Positions 62,601 to 64,000 of a DNA stretch of 64,000 nucleotides are shown one piece after another. The stretch spans positions 1,504,001-1,568,000 of the forward strand of contig CAXXMB010000002.1 in assembly GCA_963668675.2 (NCBI GenBank). Direction: 5' to 3'. Within the stretch, counting starts at the first letter, position 1. Each line of letters opens with the position of its first letter. This DNA comes from an uncultured Desulfatitalea sp. (GTDB taxonomy: Bacteria; Desulfobacterota; Desulfobacteria; Desulfobacterales; Desulfosarcinaceae). Both the position numbers and the translations under genes were made by a program. The notes under the pieces are model-generated. The model was not told the origin of the DNA. It saw only the letters and a program-made list of their open reading frames with translations, and made no database searches.

Positions 62601-62806
62601 TCGGGGCTTGCGCCAGGGTAGGACACGGAGATGTTGACGATATCCAGGTCAAAGGCAGGGAAGACCTCCTTTTTGATCTGAAAACTGAAGGCGATACCGC
62701 CGATCAGGAGAACGGCCATCAAGAGGTTGGCCGCCACCGAATGGCCGGCCATCCATCGGATGGGGCCTTTGGGCAAGGTCTCTTTTTCGTTCGAGGAATG
62801 ATCCAT
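59657..62806 (-). CDS. RND efflux permease (AcrB family)
   Basis: GIVVDDAIVVGEN and RFRPIMLTT motifs; 1049 aa. Confidence 0.93.
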   Translation of the reverse strand: MDHSSNEKETLPKGPIRWMAGHSVAANLLMAVLLIGGIAFSFQIKKEVFPAFDLDIVNISVSYPGASPEEVERGIILAIEEAVSGLEGIEEVTASGREGIGTVTVEMREGENIQRLAQEIQAEVDRISSFPEEAEDPTVTIVSPKRYVVSLALHGEQDERTLRTYAENIRDRLLQHPEITQVELESARDFEIAIEIPQRTLRTYNLTLDEVARRIRAASVDLPGGAIKSPSGDILLRMKEQRDVGSEFGQIPIVTAEDGTQVLLEDIADIKDAFVETDFKTTYNGESALMIAVYRVGDQTPITVSKAVKEVVADLNQILPPGLSVDLRNDRSEIYSQRLGMLMKNGYLGLVLVFILLAFFLEPRLAFWVSLGIPVSFLGSLFLLPLGDVSINMVSMFAFIVTLGIVVDDAIVVGENVYTLRQQGQSWFHAAVNGARDISMPIGFSVLTNMVAFMPLFFVPGFMGKIFRQMPVVVISVFAISLVESLFILPAHLGHHKQRATPWIFRGVVSLQKRFSAAFIRFVKNVYGPFLALVLRWRYVSLGIGMAVLLITIGYILSGRLGFELFPKIESDYAMVTATLPFGSAFEKTNAVERHLVEAARAVAAESGGAELVEGVYAAIWANVAEVRVYLTPPERRPISTTDYTRKWRERVGALAGLESLKFESDAGGPGRGAAISIELSHQDIRVLEKASAELAAAMSYYPNVVDVDDGFAPGKQQIDFQVRPEARSLGLQASGIAGQLRHAFYGAEALRQQRGRNEVKVMVRLPKSERVSEYYLDEMVLRTPAGGELPMSAAVDIKRGRAYTDIDRRAGRRIITVSADAQPRSKAGLVLADVTRSVLPELQRKYAGLIYSLEGRQADRRESMQALVKGEMAILLVIFAILAIPLNSYIQPAIIMISIPFGIVGAVIGHLIMGYSLSIISMFGVVALTGVVINDSLVLIDMANRNRRSGMTAYKGILQAGQMRFRPIMLTTLTTFGGLAPMIFETSRQARFLIPMAISLGFGVLFATVITLALVPSIYLIMEDVKWSAGKLWAWFRGRPGPVGREQI

Positions 62807-62857
62807 GGTTCAGGTTTCGCTGAAAAAATTGTAAAGGTCGTAAGTAACTGCTCTTGC

Positions 62858-64000
62858 CTACTGCGCTTTCGTATTGGCTCCTATCCGGGGTACCCGGTCC
62901 GCACCGCCCGTCTCCACCCTAAGCTCCATGCCAGCCACAGGCGCCGGCAGATCCGAGACGATCAATTGATCGCTGGACTTTAAGTGATCCCGCAGCAGGA
63001 CCGTCTCGGCATCGCGCCACACAGGGGTCACCTGGCGTATCTCCAGCTTATGATCGTCACCGAGAAGCCAGACCGTGTCGTTGTCGCGCAGCACGGTACG
63101 CGGCACGGCAAAGACGTTGTCCAGGAGGCGCCCATCGATCTCTACGCGCACATATTCTCCGATGAGCAGCGGCGGCCGGTCTGCCGCCTCCTTCGATCCC
63201 AGGCCCAGCGGGTCGTCGACCTCGATCAAGAGCCGGGCCATGCGACCTCCATTGGTCAGATCCCCCAGGAGACGGACCACCCGCCCCTCGACCAGGTGGT
63301 CGCCGTTGTAACGAATACGCACCATTGCCCCCTTCTGCCCGGCCTGCCGGGGGATCGAGACCCAGTCGAGGCGTTCGACCGGGAGCGTAGCCTTGACCCA
63401 GTACACGTCGGTGCCCACCAATTCGGCCAGGGTCTTCTGTGGCGATACCTGGGAGCCCACCTCCACCGACCGGCTGAGGATGATGGCGTTAAAAGGGGCT
63501 TCGATGCGCGTGCGTTCGACATCCAGGGCCGCCTTGCGCAGGGCCGCCTCGGCAGAGGCCACGTCGGCCCGCGCTTTTTCCAGATGGGGTTTGCGCAGGG
63601 CCAACCCCCCCTCCTCTTCCGGGGAGCCATCCCTGAGCAGTTCCCACTCGCGCCGGGCCACCTGCTGGCGCCCCTCTTCAAGTGCAAGGGCGTATTTGGC
63701 ATTGACCAGATCGCTCCGGCGCTGGGCCAGGGCCAGTTGGTAGTCGTCGTCTTCAAGCTGTACGAGCAGGTCGCCCTGCCGTACAAAGCCGCCATCGGTA
63801 AATTCGGGATGGATGGCGATCACCTCACCGGCCACGCGCGCTTCGAGTTTTACGCTGTTGGCGGGCATCACCGTTCCCATGGCCTTGACCACCACCTGGC
63901 GACGGTCTGGCGCGAAGCGCTGCACCTCTACAAGTGGCACCCATTTGGCCGGCGGACGCTTGCTGGTGGTCGGCGCCGTTTTCCACAGGTAGAGGCCGAT
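62858..64000 (-). CDS. RND periplasmic adaptor (MFP); 5' end outside the window
   Basis: Lipoyl/hairpin motifs (V.GEV..G.FV..GDLL; TRIEAPFNA). The frame is open to the window edge. Confidence 0.88.
   Translation of the reverse strand: MGLYLWKTAPTTSKRPPAKWVPLVEVQRFAPDRRQVVVKAMGTVMPANSVKLEARVAGEVIAIHPEFTDGGFVRQGDLLVQLEDDDYQLALAQRRSDLVNAKYALALEEGRQQVARREWELLRDGSPEEEGGLALRKPHLEKARADVASAEAALRKAALDVERTRIEAPFNAIILSRSVEVGSQVSPQKTLAELVGTDVYWVKATLPVERLDWVSIPRQAGQKGAMVRIRYNGDHLVEGRVVRLLGDLTNGGRMARLLIEVDDPLGLGSKEAADRPPLLIGEYVRVEIDGRLLDNVFAVPRTVLRDNDTVWLLGDDHKLEIRQVTPVWRDAETVLLRDHLKSSDQLIVSDLPAPVAGMELRVETGGADRVPRIGANTKAQ

Overview
The gene content suggests a Desulfobacterota-like (deltaproteobacterial) chromosome, and the window has two parts. 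Positions 1-43,593 are the right-hand part of a large, visibly AT-richer genomic island. It ends in the 3' half of a tRNA-Gln(CTG) gene (att site, 43,550-43,593), which is followed by a terminator and glnS. The island carries five blocks. (i) A defence block: an ABC-3C/Lamassu LmuB-like ATPase, a HigB toxin with a HigA-IrrE antitoxin, and McrBC with an EVE-like reader domain. (ii) An integron-like cassette array with no intI in the window, holding an HNH cassette, a HEPN cassette and an ORF-less mini-cassette. Its lead unit is a non-IntI tyrosine recombinase plus an IS91-type Y2 HUH transposase, itself bounded like a cassette by complementary GTTGAAC/GTTCAAC boxes and a hairpin. The array sits between a truncated and an intact ssb. 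(iii) A putative recombination operon: ssb, a SWIM/annealing protein, an Fe-S PD-(D/E)XK nuclease, UvrD, an REase-like protein and DUF932. (iv) A sigma54-controlled acyl-CoA ligase/thiolase/TRAP catabolic cluster with decayed genes. (v) A c-di-GMP/FHA/histidine-kinase signalling cluster with sigma28-like promoters. Positions 43,600-64,000 are GC-richer core chromosome (glnS, CPA2 antiporter, nfo, csp, yihA, era, PLD, RND pump). They include two copies of a ~200-bp structured repeat with covarying stems. The best candidate for an under-described system is the recombinase/Y2-transposase unit heading the attC array of nuclease cassettes. All calls come from reading motifs by eye; no searches were run.
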